From Lama glama (Eukaryota): a stretch of 64,000 bases of DNA. Below the pieces are notes generated by a model. The model made no database searches and was not told the origin of the DNA. It saw only the letters and a list, made by a program, of their open reading frames with translations. How positions within the stretch are numbered: the stretch's first letter is position 1; the number at the start of each line of letters is the position of its first letter. Shown here piece after piece: positions 10,606 through 25,090 of this stretch. The position numbers and the translations under genes are program-made. The DNA is taken from positions 88,104,001 through 88,168,000 of the forward strand of contig CM052817.1 of the NCBI GenBank assembly GCA_028534125.1, read 5' to 3'.

Positions 10606-13600
10606 TTTTAATTATTCCTCAGTATCATAACAATGAGCTTGCTCAGATCAGCTCAGGAACACCTCCTGCACATCATCCCTCTCAACCTCCACCACACAGG
10701 GAAGTAAAAGAAGCAGGAGATGTTTGAGAAGGGATTCAAGGATGGCAGTCTAGACTAACAGCCTGCATCCCTTAAAATGAACGAAGTCCATCAAGATAAA
10801 ACAATGTGAGTGAACATTTATTGAATGCCTACTATAGAAAGAGTACTTTGCTAAGAGTCACCCAAAAAGTTAATGATACCCCTCAGAAAGAGAGACAGAT
10901 CTTACCAATTGTAGAGAGGACTGGCTCAAACATTCTTGGAGTAACCCAAAAGTCCTGCTGAATGCTTTTGGTTAACGGAGTCATTTTAATTGTGATCGCC
11001 TTACTTGCACTGGCCTGGTATCAGAGAACCTAATTTAGTTTCTAATTCTTTAGGCATAGAACCAACTACAGAATCCAGGACTCTCGTGTCCCAGCGAGGT
11101 GCACTTTCCGTTACGTCTTGCAGCTGTAGGAATAAAAGAGAACAGTAAATGCTACTTGAATTTCATGATTTCAAATATCCAGTAAAGATGAATTCACTTG
11201 CTGCACCTGCTTGTTGTTTCATCATTCCATTTCCTATCTCCCTTGCGAATTGGCCCAGAGACATAACACCTATTTAAAATGATTGGATCTTGAAAAAAAT
11301 GTAAATTGATATTTCATACCCCATAGGTTCTTCTGCAATGGTAATATCTGTGGTATATGCACACTGCAAATTAAATCATTTTTTAAGCTAGCATAGGGTC
11401 TGTCTAATAAAAACCCTTATGAAATCCCACTGTGTCTGCTCAGTGGCATCTTTTCGCTGTGAAGCATTAGGCTTTTAAAAAGCAACTGAACAAATGTGAT
11501 TGATTATCAGTTCACTTGCCAGACTCTACATTGAAATTAAAGAAAGTAAAAGCTCTTTTATGAAAGTGATATAACCACCTGCAATATTAAACCAATAAAA
11601 TATGTGTTCAGCTGTTTGTGAACTGTCTTGACCCAGATGGTATAAAGGAGCCTCCTAGAATGCAGAAGGCTTATATAGTAACTGATCAATCTTTCCTAAC
11701 TGTGGCAAAGCAGTAAAAAGCATTCCAAATTGACTAAAAGGTCAAAACACTCTGAAAGAATTCCATCATTGAAGCAAATATGAAGTTAGCCACACTTGTG
11801 ACAAGCAGAACAAATGGAAAAGTGCAGCTATTAGTTTGTACTTGGGAGACATTCTAAGAATTATCAACTCATTAAAAACAAGTTCCCACTGCCTGACAAT
11901 AACAAAACTAGATTTGATTGAGCTTTAGCTTGTTTTTCTGCTTATCTAAATATTAGCCAATGCCCTGGTGAGTTTGAATGAGCTGATATTCTTCTCTGCA
12001 AATGGCTGTGTTACCTACAAACATCTCACTTTTACTTAAAATCTCCATAGAATCCATTTTCAATGGCTACAGATAATATTTGTGTATACTCCTTTGTTTA
12101 AGAAACATAAACACAACCAAATAAATGCAAGGCTCTCTAATAAAAGTTACCTTGGGATTCCATTTACAAAGAAGCAAGTCTGGGCTTGGATGGACCTGTC
12201 CAATAGAGCTGTTCTCTTTGGCACGAAAGATTTCAGCAGCAGCAAATATAAGATAGTCTAGAATAGCAAGCTATCAACATCAGTCTTCTATCTATAGGTT
12301 ACCAGCTTTTTCCTGGGATGATGAGACGTATTAAAAACAGCAAGGAGCTGAGGGTTACTTAAGCTTATCAGTCTGGGTGATAGTTGAAGGTCATGACTTG
12401 AGTAGGAGGACCATGTTTTAAAAAGATAACTTTGTCCTGGACAGGGTGATTGGATAGGGGAAAGATGGACAAGCTGAAATGTGGGAAGCAGTCAATAACA
12501 GGTTACTAAAATGGGTGTAACTCAGAGAGCTGATTTCAAGGAAGAGAAATATTTCTTATTGTATGGGAATCATGGAATAAGTTTAAATCAGCGGCAAGAG
12601 CAGCAGACAAATCAGTTGGTTTACTTGGTCCCTGGGGCTAGCTTAGGTTTGGACCTTTGCTGTGGTTTCTGCAGCCTCACTCCTGTAATGTGTAGGGACT
12701 GTGGCAGGCATCAAAGCAAGCTTCTACCACAGAAGAACTGCATTTATTCCATTTGTAGTAAACCACTCTTCACCTTTGTGTGTGTGTGCAAATTTTCTCT
12801 TGGAATTGCTTTATACACCTGCTATCCATTGATTGCTTGAACAACCTAGATTAAGACAAAACTTTATTTCACATAAATAAATTCAATTTCTGAAACAAAT
12901 CTCATCAACAATATGAATCATAAAGCCAAGTAACTCTCATTGTGAATAAATATAAAACAAAAATGGTAGAGAAAGATGATGTGACAGAGAAAGAGAAATG
13001 AAAAATACTTAAGCTTAATATTCTGGGAATTTCATGAATTACTGCTTAGGAAATTCCAACATAAAAGTTCAAAAATGTTTAATCAATGACTACATGATCA
13101 TGAAATATAGAGGAGATCTCTGAAATGGCAAATTTGTTTGAAAACAAATTCTGGTAATGATAAAACACCTTCATTCTGTATAATTGCACCATAAATATCT
13201 GAAATTCTACCCCAAATTTGAAGCAAATGAGCTACAATGTTGTCTTCTACCTCCAAACTTGGTATGATCACAGTGCATTCCATTAAATACTATCAACAAA
13301 AATATGGCAACAAATTTAATACATTAAAATTAAGGTTGTCTCTCTTTAAGAATTATTTATTCATATATGGAATAAATATCCAAGAACAAATGCAGAATAA
13401 TGATCCTCCTGAAAGGCATATTTTCAGTCATAGGTTCTGAGTTTTTCTTCAAATGTGTGTATTGTCAGAGTTGGTACCTCTAGAGAGCCCTTTCCCGACC
13501 GATGATGTTTGTGGCTATAGCAGTGTTGCCCTATACATGAGCACCCTCTACTGACACATTTTGGTGACCCACTCCTATTACTGTAGGAAGGATTGATTTG

Positions 13601-13812
13601 AAATATCCCCTGCTGTATTTTACGTATATGCTTGCATATGTGATGTGTACTAACGCAGAACAAATATTTACAAACTGCAATATCATCTCAAGAACTTAGC
13701 TCAAGGCACTCTGTTAATATTTGTCTCATCTTTTAAAATAGCAAGCAAAATGACAAAAACTAAGTATTTCCCTCTGTTTAACATTCTAAAACTCAAGTCG
13801 TTTAATTTATAA

Positions 13813-14319
13813 TTGAGTTAGTTTTCTATTGCTACTATACAACAAATTGCTGCAAACTTAGAAGCTTCAAACACTTCCAAGTTATTATTTTGCTTTTCTG
13901 TAGGTCAGGAGTCTGGCAAGGGTCACACTGGGCTAAAATCAAGGGCTGCACTCCTTTTGGGTGGCTCTGGGGGAGAGTGTTTTACTTTGTTTTGTTTTTG
14001 CTGTTTCCAGCTCCTAGAGGATGCCCACATTCCTTGGCTCACAGCCTCCTTCCTCCACCTGCAAATTCAGCAAAGATGCATCTCTCTGAACCTTCCTCCC
14101 ATAGTCACATCTTCTGACTCTCCCCTCCACCTCCCCCTACCATTTTTAAGATCCCTTGTGATGTCATTATTTCTACCCAAATAATCCAGGATAATCTTCT
14201 TATTTTAAGATAAGCTAACTAGCAATCTTAATCTTCCTTTGCCATGGACCCTAACATATTCACCAATTCTGGGGATTAGGATGTGGACATTATTGGGAAG
14301 ATCTTCATTCTATGTACCA
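13813..14319 (-). mobile_element. MaLR solo LTR (MLT1D-like)
   Basis: ttagttttctattgct...gtaggtcaggagtctggc...ataatccaggataatct...ctggggattaggatgtggacat. Confidence 0.85.
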
Positions 14320-14744
14320 ATAATCACTTTGTAAATATAAAAACATCTATTAAATATTTAGAAAAATGCATATCTTCACATTAATATCTGAAAAAAATTG
14401 CCAAATTTTCAGTATTTGCTCAAATAATAGTACTCAAATTTCTTAATATAAATTTTTCATTCACCTTAGAATGTGCAAAAATAAAAATATGATGGAGGAG
14501 ACAGAGTGAAATCTTAAAGAGAAGAAAAGTGGAATTAAAAACTCTATCTCATTACAATTAAAATGTTCAGGATTTCTAAGATAAAGATACAGTCTGGGAA
14601 TTTTACTTTACATGTAATACAAACCAAATATACTTTAAGTGATTACAAAGGTAAAACAATAACTTTGTTTTTTTAATTTTTATTGCTTTTTGAAATTTTG
14701 TGGCTGGGATAATATGGAAGCTTGGTAAAGAATATAAACAGTTA

Positions 14745-14960
14745 TTAGTCAGATTGCTTCTTTTTGATCTCTGCTTTATAATGCACCAGAGGTGTCATCT
14801 TAGGCAAGTTCTTAACCTCTCCTGTGCTCAGATATTAAATCTGTAAGATGGAGACAATAATTGTAATGTCTGTCTCAAAGGATTGGTATGATAATTAAAT
14901 AAAATTATCTATCAAATGTTACTACTTCTGGGAAGAGCACCTAGTAAAAACTTAATGATC
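14745..14960 (+). mobile_element. MIR SINE
   Basis: cttaggcaagttcttaacctctcctgtgctcag...ctgtaagatggagacaataat MIR core. Confidence 0.7.
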
Positions 14961-15674
14961 ACAAAGAGTATCATTTTTAAGCCTAAACAATCTCTAGATA
15001 AAAGCAGTATTCATCTTTAATAATGCACCAGTTTGAAGTTTGCAATATGAAAAACATGGATTGTTCCAAGTCTGTTTCAAAGAACAGGTTTTACATTTTT
15101 GACACATCAGTTGTGTTGGTAGACATCTAACAACCAATTTCATGAAGCTTTCATGGCTGATAGACTTTTTGTTTTTCTCTTAAACCATTAAGGTGAAAAA
15201 ACTAAAAATACTTCATGGATCAAAGCCAATTAATTGTACCCTAGAATGCACACCCTTAAGGACAGGGTATTTTTACCCGAATAGTCAAACTCAAGATTTA
15301 ATGTGAATTCTTTTTGTCCTTAAAGAGGCACATCTTAAATGTAAAACCTTTTAGGAGACAACAGGAACACTCCTACAAGATAATTGATTCATTTTCCTAA
15401 ATGCTTGTACTTTCCTTTTTTATTTATTTGAGGGGAGTACACACAAGGTAACATAATTTTGACATCTTTAAGAAGAATTGATTGAGTGCCTCTAACAGGC
15501 AATGTAAAAATATATATATATTTGAAAATCAAACAACTAACAATAAATACACTGACCCATCATTAAAGTTTTGTTCTAATGGAGTGGGAATACATTTAAA
15601 TAAGCAATTAAATAAATTTCAAATAAATGTAAATATCCATGCTAAGTTTACTGGGAAAACATGGATGGAAACAT

Positions 15675-15995
15675 AGAGAAGAGGCACAACAAGGATTTTC
15701 AGGGCAGTGAAACTCATTGTACGAGACTGTGATGGTGGATGTATGTTATCTTACATTTGTCAAAGCACAGAGAACATGTAATGTCAAGACTGAACCCTAA
15801 TGTAGACTATGGACTTTGTGTGATGTGTGAATGCAGACCCATTCTTTGTAACAGATATGCCACTCTGGTGCAGGATGTCAATAGTGGGAGAGGGTGTGCA
15901 TGCTTGGGAACAGGGTGTAAAGATAACTCTGAATTTTCACTCATTTTTACTCCAAACCTAAACCTGTTCTTAAAATACAGTCTGTTTTAGAAAAC
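15675..15995 (+). mobile_element. L1MC-like 3' end fragment
   Basis: gattttcagggcagtgaaact...gaaccctaatgtagactatggactttg...; homologous to 8380-8700. Confidence 0.85.
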
Positions 15996-17289
15996 AAAAA
16001 CTCTATGTCAGGGTGCATGTTTAGTATTCACATTGGACAATTAGAAATCTTTATTATCTATTTTTATATAAAGAGCACAAATTCCTCCAAATCTACTGCA
16101 AAGAAAAAATATGTATCCTTAAATTTTTAACACCCCATCTAACAACCAATCTCATAAGCCTTCTTGGTTGTTTGTCTTTCTAACATTATCATATCACAGT
16201 ATTATGATACAAATATTCTTCTAATAGGAAGAAAATATCTTCCTAGACACATGATTTATCTAATTTTTAGACCCATTAATCTTGTTCTACATCTTGTCCA
16301 CAAATTACAATGTAATCAAAGGCCAGTTTTTAAATTAGTAGATTAGTTGACAAGAGAGCTTGACAAAATAAGTGAGGCCACTGGGCATTGTTTCCAGAAA
16401 CAGGAGAAGAATCTTTTTCTTCCTTTGTTTAGTTTTGTCACTTTTAATGCCAAAATAATAGAATCTCTTCCTTGTCACTCATGGTAGTTTCAACTCCTTG
16501 GTTAAGAGAGAGATCAGACTAAGTAGTCATAATTCTCCAGCTGTATTGAATCTTAGCTTTCTATGGAGAAAACAACCTAACATCAAATATAAGAACGCTC
16601 CTTTTTACCGTATCTCCAAATAAAAATTATGTTTATTCATTTAATTCCTGACCATTTTTTACCATTGAGTATAAGTACTGCACACTTCAAGTTCTACAGA
16701 AATTCCAAGACAGATATGGTCTGTACCAGAGATGCATACTATGTTATGGGCACCGAGTAATTAGAATGGCTATTCAACCAATCAAAGCAAATTTTGCCTG
16801 GTATGCTTTATAGTTCTTCCAGTAATGAGTTTACAGGGCCACAGGGGAAGAGAGAAATACATAAATGGCTATCCTATAAGATAAAACCTTGCAACGTACA
16901 AATAATACCATATGCAAAAATAAGCAGGCAGCAGAGAAGGCAGTTAGGAAAATTTTAGAGAGAAAACGGCACTTGAGCTGAAAGTGAAAAAAAAAGAAAG
17001 AAAAATGCTTTAAGAAAACAACACAAATGTTAAACATTTGTGGCTTTTAGGTATTAAGGACAGAAATAAACTTCTATATATAGCCTGAAAATTGCTGGTT
17101 ATTGGGCATATTAAAAAAAAAAAACAGTGAAGAAACATACTAGCTAGCCTGTTAGAAATGTACATTAAGAACTCAGCTAATTGCCCTGTACCAATTCAGG
17201 CTCAATATTTCTAAAATGTTTTAAATATATAGTTTCAAGGAAAGATTATTTACATACGTACATAGACTGTATTCTCATAATAAATATAT

Positions 17290-17570
17290 TGGTTAGAATT
17301 GATTAGTTAAGGCTACCATGTTTAACATAATGACATTGTTTATTTCACTCTCTCAAAATCTGCTCTGACCCTGATGGACCATCAGGAGAATTCAGTGATC
17401 CTGTAGGCGTCTCTCATGTGATCCCATCATTTCAACAAGTGGGTTACTGGAAGTGGTGACACGGAGGAGAGGTGAAAAGCCATGCAGGGTTTGTAAGGGG
17501 GCTGGTAAGTGTGCTTAGGAAGGAGAAGGGAACCAAGTATTGGTGATGACTAGTAATGTTGACCCCAGAA
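17290..17570 (-). mobile_element. Old MaLR LTR fragment (MLT1K/L-like)
   Basis: Terminal ggaaggagaagggaaccaagtattggtgatgactagtaatgttgacccca. Confidence 0.4.
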
Positions 17571-20500
17571 ACACATTATCACATCTTCCTTGACAAGTAC
17601 ACATGGAGAGTGAGCATATCTGTAATCAAAGGTGTGGAAGATTGGAGAGTTCATGATTGAACAAACCACTGACAGCAATGTGCACACACCTAAAAGTATC
17701 AGATTATAAAACTGCCAGGTACATAGCAGTGGAATCCCTCAGGATGTGCAGATAGGAGTCCTTGAAGCACACTTGAAGCTTAGTGATCTTTGGCATCAAA
17801 ATGGAGTCATACAGAGGATATATTTATTGTATTACAAGTGAGAGCTTTGTGTTCATATTTCTAGCTCTGCCATTAAGTCTTTTTGTGATTCTGGAAAAAA
17901 AATCACTTTATTTTTCTGGATCAAGTTTTTTAGCCTAAGGAACTTTCCATAAAAGGATCACCAGAGTTTTTCTATCTCAAACCTACTAATTTTGCATGAC
18001 ATGATATATTTACATTGCCTTACTTAATTCCTACTGAAGATACCACACCAAAGTGGTGATTATACAAATAACTTTATTGTGACAAATATGAAACATTTTT
18101 CTTCAAGCTTTCCCTCTAATCTTTCTTATGAGAATTTTTTTTTCAATAGTGAAAGCACTTTATAAGGAGATCCTTCTTATACTGTGAAAATTAAGTCACG
18201 CTAGAGTTGGATCCTGGAAGAAACAACTTTGTTCAAAATAGAGTATTTGGTATAAAAAATATAACAATGTGGATGTTTCAGTAGTTATTCTTGGGTATTT
18301 ATATGCATAAGGAAATCATTGGTAATCTTTAGAAAGCACTTCTAAAGGCATGCTAATTTATTGTAGTGTTTATTGTAAGTTCTTAAAATATTTTAAAATC
18401 TTCATAAGAAATTTTTTTTCACACGTGCTAAATAATATGTTGTTAGTAATGCATCGCTTACCAGTACATTTCTTTTCAATGCAGCATTGCAGACTCAGAT
18501 AGCTCATTTCATATACCACATTTATTTTTTCAGACTAAGTATAGAAAAGAAAAGACATGCTTAAAGATACAACCTTTTTTATGTTAGGAGGAGAAACAAG
18601 CCTTCGAACCTAAAATGACACCTAATAAATGATATTATTTATAGAAGCTAGAATATGAGAGGAAATGGCAGGAGATGTCAGGATTGATTGAAACAGTCAA
18701 CTTTGACAGCTCTGAGATTTGCAGGTTGAATGCCTGCCACAATTTGTGAATGATCCTCTGTATTCTTAAACTGCTTGGTTTTGCTAGCATTGTGATAGAA
18801 ATGGATGAGAAAAGCCAAGAAACTATAAGCCACATACTAGGTTCATTTCATTCTTAATATTTATCCTAATATATGTTGTTCTGTGATTTTAAAGTCTGGA
18901 AAAGTGTATATGGATATTGACTAGAATTTTCACCTTTAGTGACATGTTAAATGTTACATATATAACATGTCTTCAGGTTACACATTAATCATTTCTAAAC
19001 GTAAACACCTTCACAGGATTTTTTTTTCTACTGAGATGCTCACTTCTAACTTAAGTGCTCTTTACATGAATATATATTCTTTTATTAAATGTATTTCTGT
19101 ACCTGCGATTACTCATTTACTTGGATGTTGTGTGTGTGTGTGCATAATAGTTAAATATTCACACGACATATGGTAGTGAGGAATTTGTGGCAGTTTTATT
19201 AAATAGGATTTGCTGAATTACGGAATGCTCTAAATAACCAGTCAAGAAAATAATAAATGAATATTGCCAAAAGAAAATGCACAGAAGACTGTTAGGCTCT
19301 CTTGGCTAATAAAGGGTAACAAGGGCTAATTAAACCTTGCCAGTGGGGATGTTCGCAAGAGTCAAAATAAAATTAGAACAGAAATAAAATTATCTGATTT
19401 TAGTTCAATCAAACAAGATAAATGGTAAACCAGGGACACTCTTCCACTGATGTAGAGAGATTCATTTAAGTCTAGCAAAATCCAAATCCCTGCATCCCTG
19501 CCCAGCATTTACATTCTTTAAACACAAACACACACATGTGCACACACACATACTTACAGTATCTCAATCAGGGAAAGATCTAATTATACTTATTTTAGTT
19601 AAAATACTGTTCTAGAATATACAACTCTACTCAGAATTATCTGAATTTAATTGTAATTTTCTCATAAATAATACTAAAAATTACAGATTCCAAGGGACTG
19701 AACATCTTAACTATGTTTTTTTTCTTATTGCAAATATTAAGACCAGATGATGACTTTGTAAAAAATCAGACGTTTTGTTGAAGAAAATCAATAAATTACA
19801 AATCCTTAAACAATTCTTCCTAAAGAAATGATAACTCCAGAGGAAATGAACAAAAGATTTAGCATTTAACTGTGGATGACAAACAACAGCATTCTTCTTC
19901 TTTCTACACAGTTGTTTTCCAGAATGGGGACGAAGTTGAATATTGACTTAAAAATGTAATTTCATGAAAATACAATGACTTATCACATTGGGACATAAAA
20001 AATTGTGTTCAAATACATATATTTAATTTTTTAAATAAATGTTAATAAATCAGCCAACGTCACTTAAATTACATGAAGTTTAACAATTCTGAGAAATAGA
20101 ATTGTTACCACCACCACCAAAAAATGCTCAAGAATATAATTCACCTCCTCTACTAAAATAAGACATGGGGAGAAAAAACTGATAAGCTGGCAAAGAAAAA
20201 ATGCTTAAGGACTTTTCTTTAGGGATAATCTACCCTTTCTACTTTCATGGAATATACATCATTTCTTTGGTATCTGTTCATCACCTCATTTTCATGTAAC
20301 TACAGTTCTATTACCCCAGTCACTGCCAACCCACCCACCCCAATTTTGGTGGCCTTCCTTAATTGTGATTTTTGCCATTTTATTCTATTCGCTATCACAC
20401 CCAAATGTCACCACAGGGCCTATGTAACTCAGTGATTACAGCTCTATAGCCAATTACAGTATTTGCCAAATAACAAACTCTCAACGGTCTTTTGAATAAA

Positions 20501-22643
20501 TGGAAAAAGTAGTGTATGAATGTGATTCCTCCAGATTGTATAGTATTTGTTGGAAACAATTTATGAGCAAAACTCTTTATACAAAAGTAATATTTGTGTA
20601 TTTCTGAGTAATCTAAAAAAATAGCCAAATTGCTGGTATTATCTGTTGGAGAGGTAAAGAAAAAACAAGAAATCACATGAGAGGGAGTTAGCTAAAAGTA
20701 ACATGCAGAACATATCTAGAAACACCTTAGCGATAAGCAAAAGATTACCTTTTTGTTTTACATAAGAGTTAAGTTCAGTTTTTTTTTAATTGCCCTAGAT
20801 ATGGAAGAATAATGTTATAGTAGAAAGAACATATTATTTGTAGCCAGTTGACCTGATTTTGAATATCAGATTTGCTCTTCTGTTTCTGTGTGACCATAGG
20901 GAAGGTAAGTACACTCTGAAGCTCAATTACCTTGGTGGGCAAACGGGTGTCTAATGAGTAATGTTTTTAAAGAGAAGGCACCCTAACACAGAGCTCACAT
21001 TTAGAATGCACTTGGCAAGATTTGGTCTCCCTATCACTTTGTCAAATCCTGCTCTCCCTCAGAAAATAATTCATATATTTATTTAAATTTTAAAGTCAAA
21101 TGTGAGGTAAAATTACAACCCATAGAGGACTAGGCAAAGACATGAGATTTAGTGACACTTCTTTCACTTGACAGTGTGCACTACTCAGAAAATATTTTAA
21201 AGCTCTAGCCTCAATTTCATTTAAATTAAGGATGAAAATATGCAACTACCTACCTCACAAGGATGCTCTGAGGATCAAGTTAGAAAAGAGATGTGAATGA
21301 CTTGTAAATTATATTATTATCCAGTACAAATTAGGGTAAACTGAAGGCATGACTCAATATAAAACTAAATAAAAGTGAAAGAAAAATGGAAGAATAAGAC
21401 TTTACTAGATGATCTTTCTGTTAAAATTTGTCATACCACTCATTTTTATCAAACTAGTGTTTACTTGTAACAACAAGCACCTTTTTAAACCTATAAAAAT
21501 CATATAAAGGATTCAACCAGACAATAAATTGAACATGCAAATTATTCTGTAACTAGAAGAGTGGAGATATAAATGTAGGCATTTGAGGCACAACAGTTGT
21601 GAAGATTTCTACATGAGCAAAGGAGGAAGAAGGAAGTTTTGAGCATCTCGCTATTAAGACAAAGACTTAAAGTAAGAGGTAGAGGAATAAGTTGAAGTGA
21701 GGTACAGAAATTATAAATCTCCTAATAGCTGCTAGTCCCAGGCTCACAAAGAGGAGTTGACTTGCAAGTCCTTGGCTAAAGGCTCAAGATCTTTATCCAA
21801 CACAGGAAGTACTCTAAAAAAAATCAGTAGCACTTTGGGATTGGGTTTGAGGGCAGGAGTGCAGCAGGTGAATAGGTGGAACATGGCATTGGGGATGGTA
21901 GAGAACTCTTGAGACAGGAATGACTTTTTGGTGAGCAATGCCTCTCTGTGGAAGGTCCTCCATTACTGACGAGGAATGGGAGAGGTAGAATGTAGCTTCA
22001 AGGAAGAAATAGCAGAAAGCATCATCTAATGGGTGAACTGCAGGGAAACTGAGGAGCTATATGTATATGTAGCTAGATTTTCACAAGAAAGGGGTGTCGA
22101 ATTTCATATGCATAGAAACGTTCATGTGAAAAGGAAAAGTATCACTAAATATAGAAGGAATATGCTACTTTTTATTAAAATATGGAACAATTGGAATATT
22201 CTCATTATAATTATTTTCATCATGGGTTATACATCTTTAACAAGTCTCTATAGATGTTGATCAGCTTTTCATCGTCTTGTATTGTTGCCATTGTTCTTTT
22301 GTTGTGAATTTGCCTTAGAGCAAATTATTCAGAAGATAGCAACTTCATTACATCTGTATTAAGGAAATTAGCCAAATAACTGAGGTGAATTTTGCCATGG
22401 AGATAGAAGCTCTCTTAATCTCTAAATATACAAAATCTCTCATTTATTTAATTCTTTCAACAATTACTAAGTTATTACTTATTAATTCACTTTATTAAAG
22501 GCACTGAAACTTTAAAATTACTCAAGAATTTAAGACAATTGAAATCCCAATTTATTAGTAATGATAGAAAAAAATGAGGAAAAATTTGGTCATCTTCTTC
22601 AAAAACATTAATTTTGTAACATCATTCTTTTATTTCCCCGAGT

Positions 22644-22710
22644 AAACTTTTATTTTCTTGAAGAATTCTTAATCATAAAACTTTTATTTTCTTGAAGAAT
22701 TCTTAATCAT
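22644..22710. repeat. Tandem duplication, 34-bp period x2
   Basis: aaacttttattttcttgaagaattcttaatcat at 22644 and 22678. Confidence 0.95.
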
Positions 22711-23179
22711 TCTTAATCTTAATATCTGCAACTTTAAATGCAGATATTTTTATACAGTGTAACAAAAAGAATCTATTAATTACTTCTAGTCACACATGCA
22801 CAGCTAGAATAACTATGGAGTTATTTTTTATGAAGATGATTTTTTTAATATTAATAACTGTAAAATCAAAGTACAGATGTTTATAATAAATAGGTACTCA
22901 TCTGAGAAAATCATTAGCCCTTTTAACCAAAATGAAAACAAATATTGATAGATTATGGTTTAAGGAATAGATTTTTATCAGTATTATTTTAGTAGGGATA
23001 AATCAGAATAATAGGCAACAAAAAAAACTCATCTGTAAACAAAGTTGTAATTTCTTTTAAATTATTTTTTCTTAATAAATGCCAAATTTCTCCATTGACA
23101 AGTAAATCTATACTGCAAATAACTGGCATATGGAATGTAGTACTTACTTAAGTTATACAAGTCTTGCAAAGATACATTT

Positions 23180-24091
23180 TTTAAAAATGGAAGTATATTT
23201 AATTTACAGAGTTGTGTTAGTTTCTGGTACACAGCATAGTGATTCAGCTATACATTTATATTATTTTTCATTAAAAATTATTACAATATATTGAATATAA
23301 ATTCCTGTGTTATACAGTAAGACTTTGTTGTTTATCTAATTATGTATATAATAGTATTTATTTGCTAATCCCAAACTCCTAATTTATCCTTCCCCCACCA
23401 TTTCCCCTTTGGTAACCATAAATTTGTTGTCTATGTCGGTGAGTCTGTTTCTGTTTTGTAAATAAATTCATTTGTATGATTTTTTAGATTCCACATATAA
23501 GTAAAATCATATAATACTTATCTTTCTCTTTCTGCCTTACTTCATTTAGTATGATAATCTAGGTTCATCCATGTTGCTTCTGCAAATGGAATTATTTCAT
23601 TCCATTTTTATGGCTGAGTAGTATTCCATTATATATATACATGAAATATATATATATGCCACAACTTCTTTATCCAGTCATGTCTCAGTGAACATTTATG
23701 TTGTTTCTATGTCTTGGCTATTGTAAATAGTGCTTCTATGAACATTGGGGTGCATGCATCTTTTCAAATTAGTTTCCTCCAGATATGCCCAGGAGTGGGA
23801 TTGCTGGATCATATAGTAAGTCTATTTTTAGTTTTTTTAGGGAATCTCCATACTGTTTTCCATAGTAGTTGTACCAAATTACATTCCCACCAACAGTGTA
23901 GGAGGGTTCCTTTTACTCCACAGCCTCTCTAGCATTTATCATTTGTGGACTTTTGAATGATGGCCATTTTGACCAGTGTGAGGTGATACCTCATTGTAGT
24001 TTTAATTTGCATTTCTCTGATTATTAGTAATATTGGGCATCTTTTCATTTGCCTATTGGCCATCTGTATGTCTTTGTTGGAGAAAAATGTC
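23180..24091 (-). mobile_element. 5'-truncated L1 (3' UTR and ORF2 end) with target-site duplication
   Basis: Antisense L1 motifs (ggctgagtagtattcc, cccaggagtgggattgctgg, cattcccaccaacagtgtaggagggttcc); TSD caaagatacattt 23167-23179 / cagagatacattt 24092-24104. Confidence 0.93.
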
Positions 24092-24299
24092 CAGAGATAC
24101 ATTTCATATTAACCCAAAAGACTAAAATTAGTAATCTCCTACATTACGTATTAGCCTTAAAAGTCAAACTCAAAAAAGGGACACAGTTACTATGAAAATA
24201 AAGAGGACAAGTGAGCTTTCATCTTAATGCCTTCTGTATCCAGTGGCAAGTAGAAAACTCAATTATCCTGTCTTTATTCCTAAGATTTTACAAACTCAT

Positions 24300-24590
24300 T
24301 ACAAACTCAACTCCAGTTGTTGATGTCTGACTGCTGACAACTTTGAGCCTTATTCCTCCCTCTTCTTCTTATGTACCACATCTGATCAGGGTGATAAAAA
24401 TTCCTGGGTGCGCCTTCTCTAGCACAAGTTATGTATTCAAATCATACAAGCCCCTTCCTGTATGAGCCCTTATGCTGGGCATATCCTCTGTACAAGTAAA
24501 ATCCGGCCCACTGTCCTTTGCTTTTTTTAATCATTTTGGACCTCCTTGAGAGACTTGCCCTGTTCCATCAGAGACCTCAGTTATACTTAA
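24300..24590 (+). mobile_element. Degenerate ERV LTR fragment (family uncertain, MER90/MER110-like)
   Basis: ccacatctgatcagggtgataaaaattcctgggtgc...ttcaaatcatacaagcccc...cattttggacc resembles recalled LTR consensus. Confidence 0.35.
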
Positions 24591-24659
24591 CGACATTAAT
24601 TTGTTTTTAGAATATGAATTGTAGTAGAAAGTGGAGACTAAAAATGTAATTAAGAATGA

Positions 24660-25090
24660 TATTAATTCTCAAATAGTCAGTAGTCTGTTGAGGTCTGTTA
24701 GGTCAATGGTAGGTGATTATACAATTAAAATAGAGATCAAAATTCTATAGTGGGAGAAGCACAAAGTTCCTAAAGTGAGAAAAAAAGTAGAAATAAAGGA
24801 GTCTTTAAGGTTAGAGAAGATTTCCTGGATAAATAACTTAAGTTCTAAAGGCTTAATAAGAGCCAGCCATATAAAGAAATATTGTAGTATCATTGCAGGA
24901 AAGATGGAATATTAAGGAAAAATATGGAGGCTTTATTTGGAAGAGCAAATTCTAGATTCTATTAATTGCAAGTAATTTATCATGGCTAGAAAGTGTATCT
25001 TAAAGTAAAGAATGGTGATAGATGAGGCCATTTCACAGGGGCCAAACTGAGCAATCTTGTAAGGTCATCTTTTGATTTTAGATTTTATGA
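24660..25090 (-). mobile_element. L2 fragment
   Basis: Purine-rich antisense L2-like tract (agaagatttcctgg...agagccagcc...gatgaggcc...cttgtaaggtcat). Confidence 0.45.

Noticed and set aside
21748..21813. 66-nt minus-strand exon candidate (VLPVLDKDLEPLAKDLQVNSS)
   Set aside because: Weak donor (TTT|gtgagc), phase incompatible with the 18462-18534 candidate, no recognised homology
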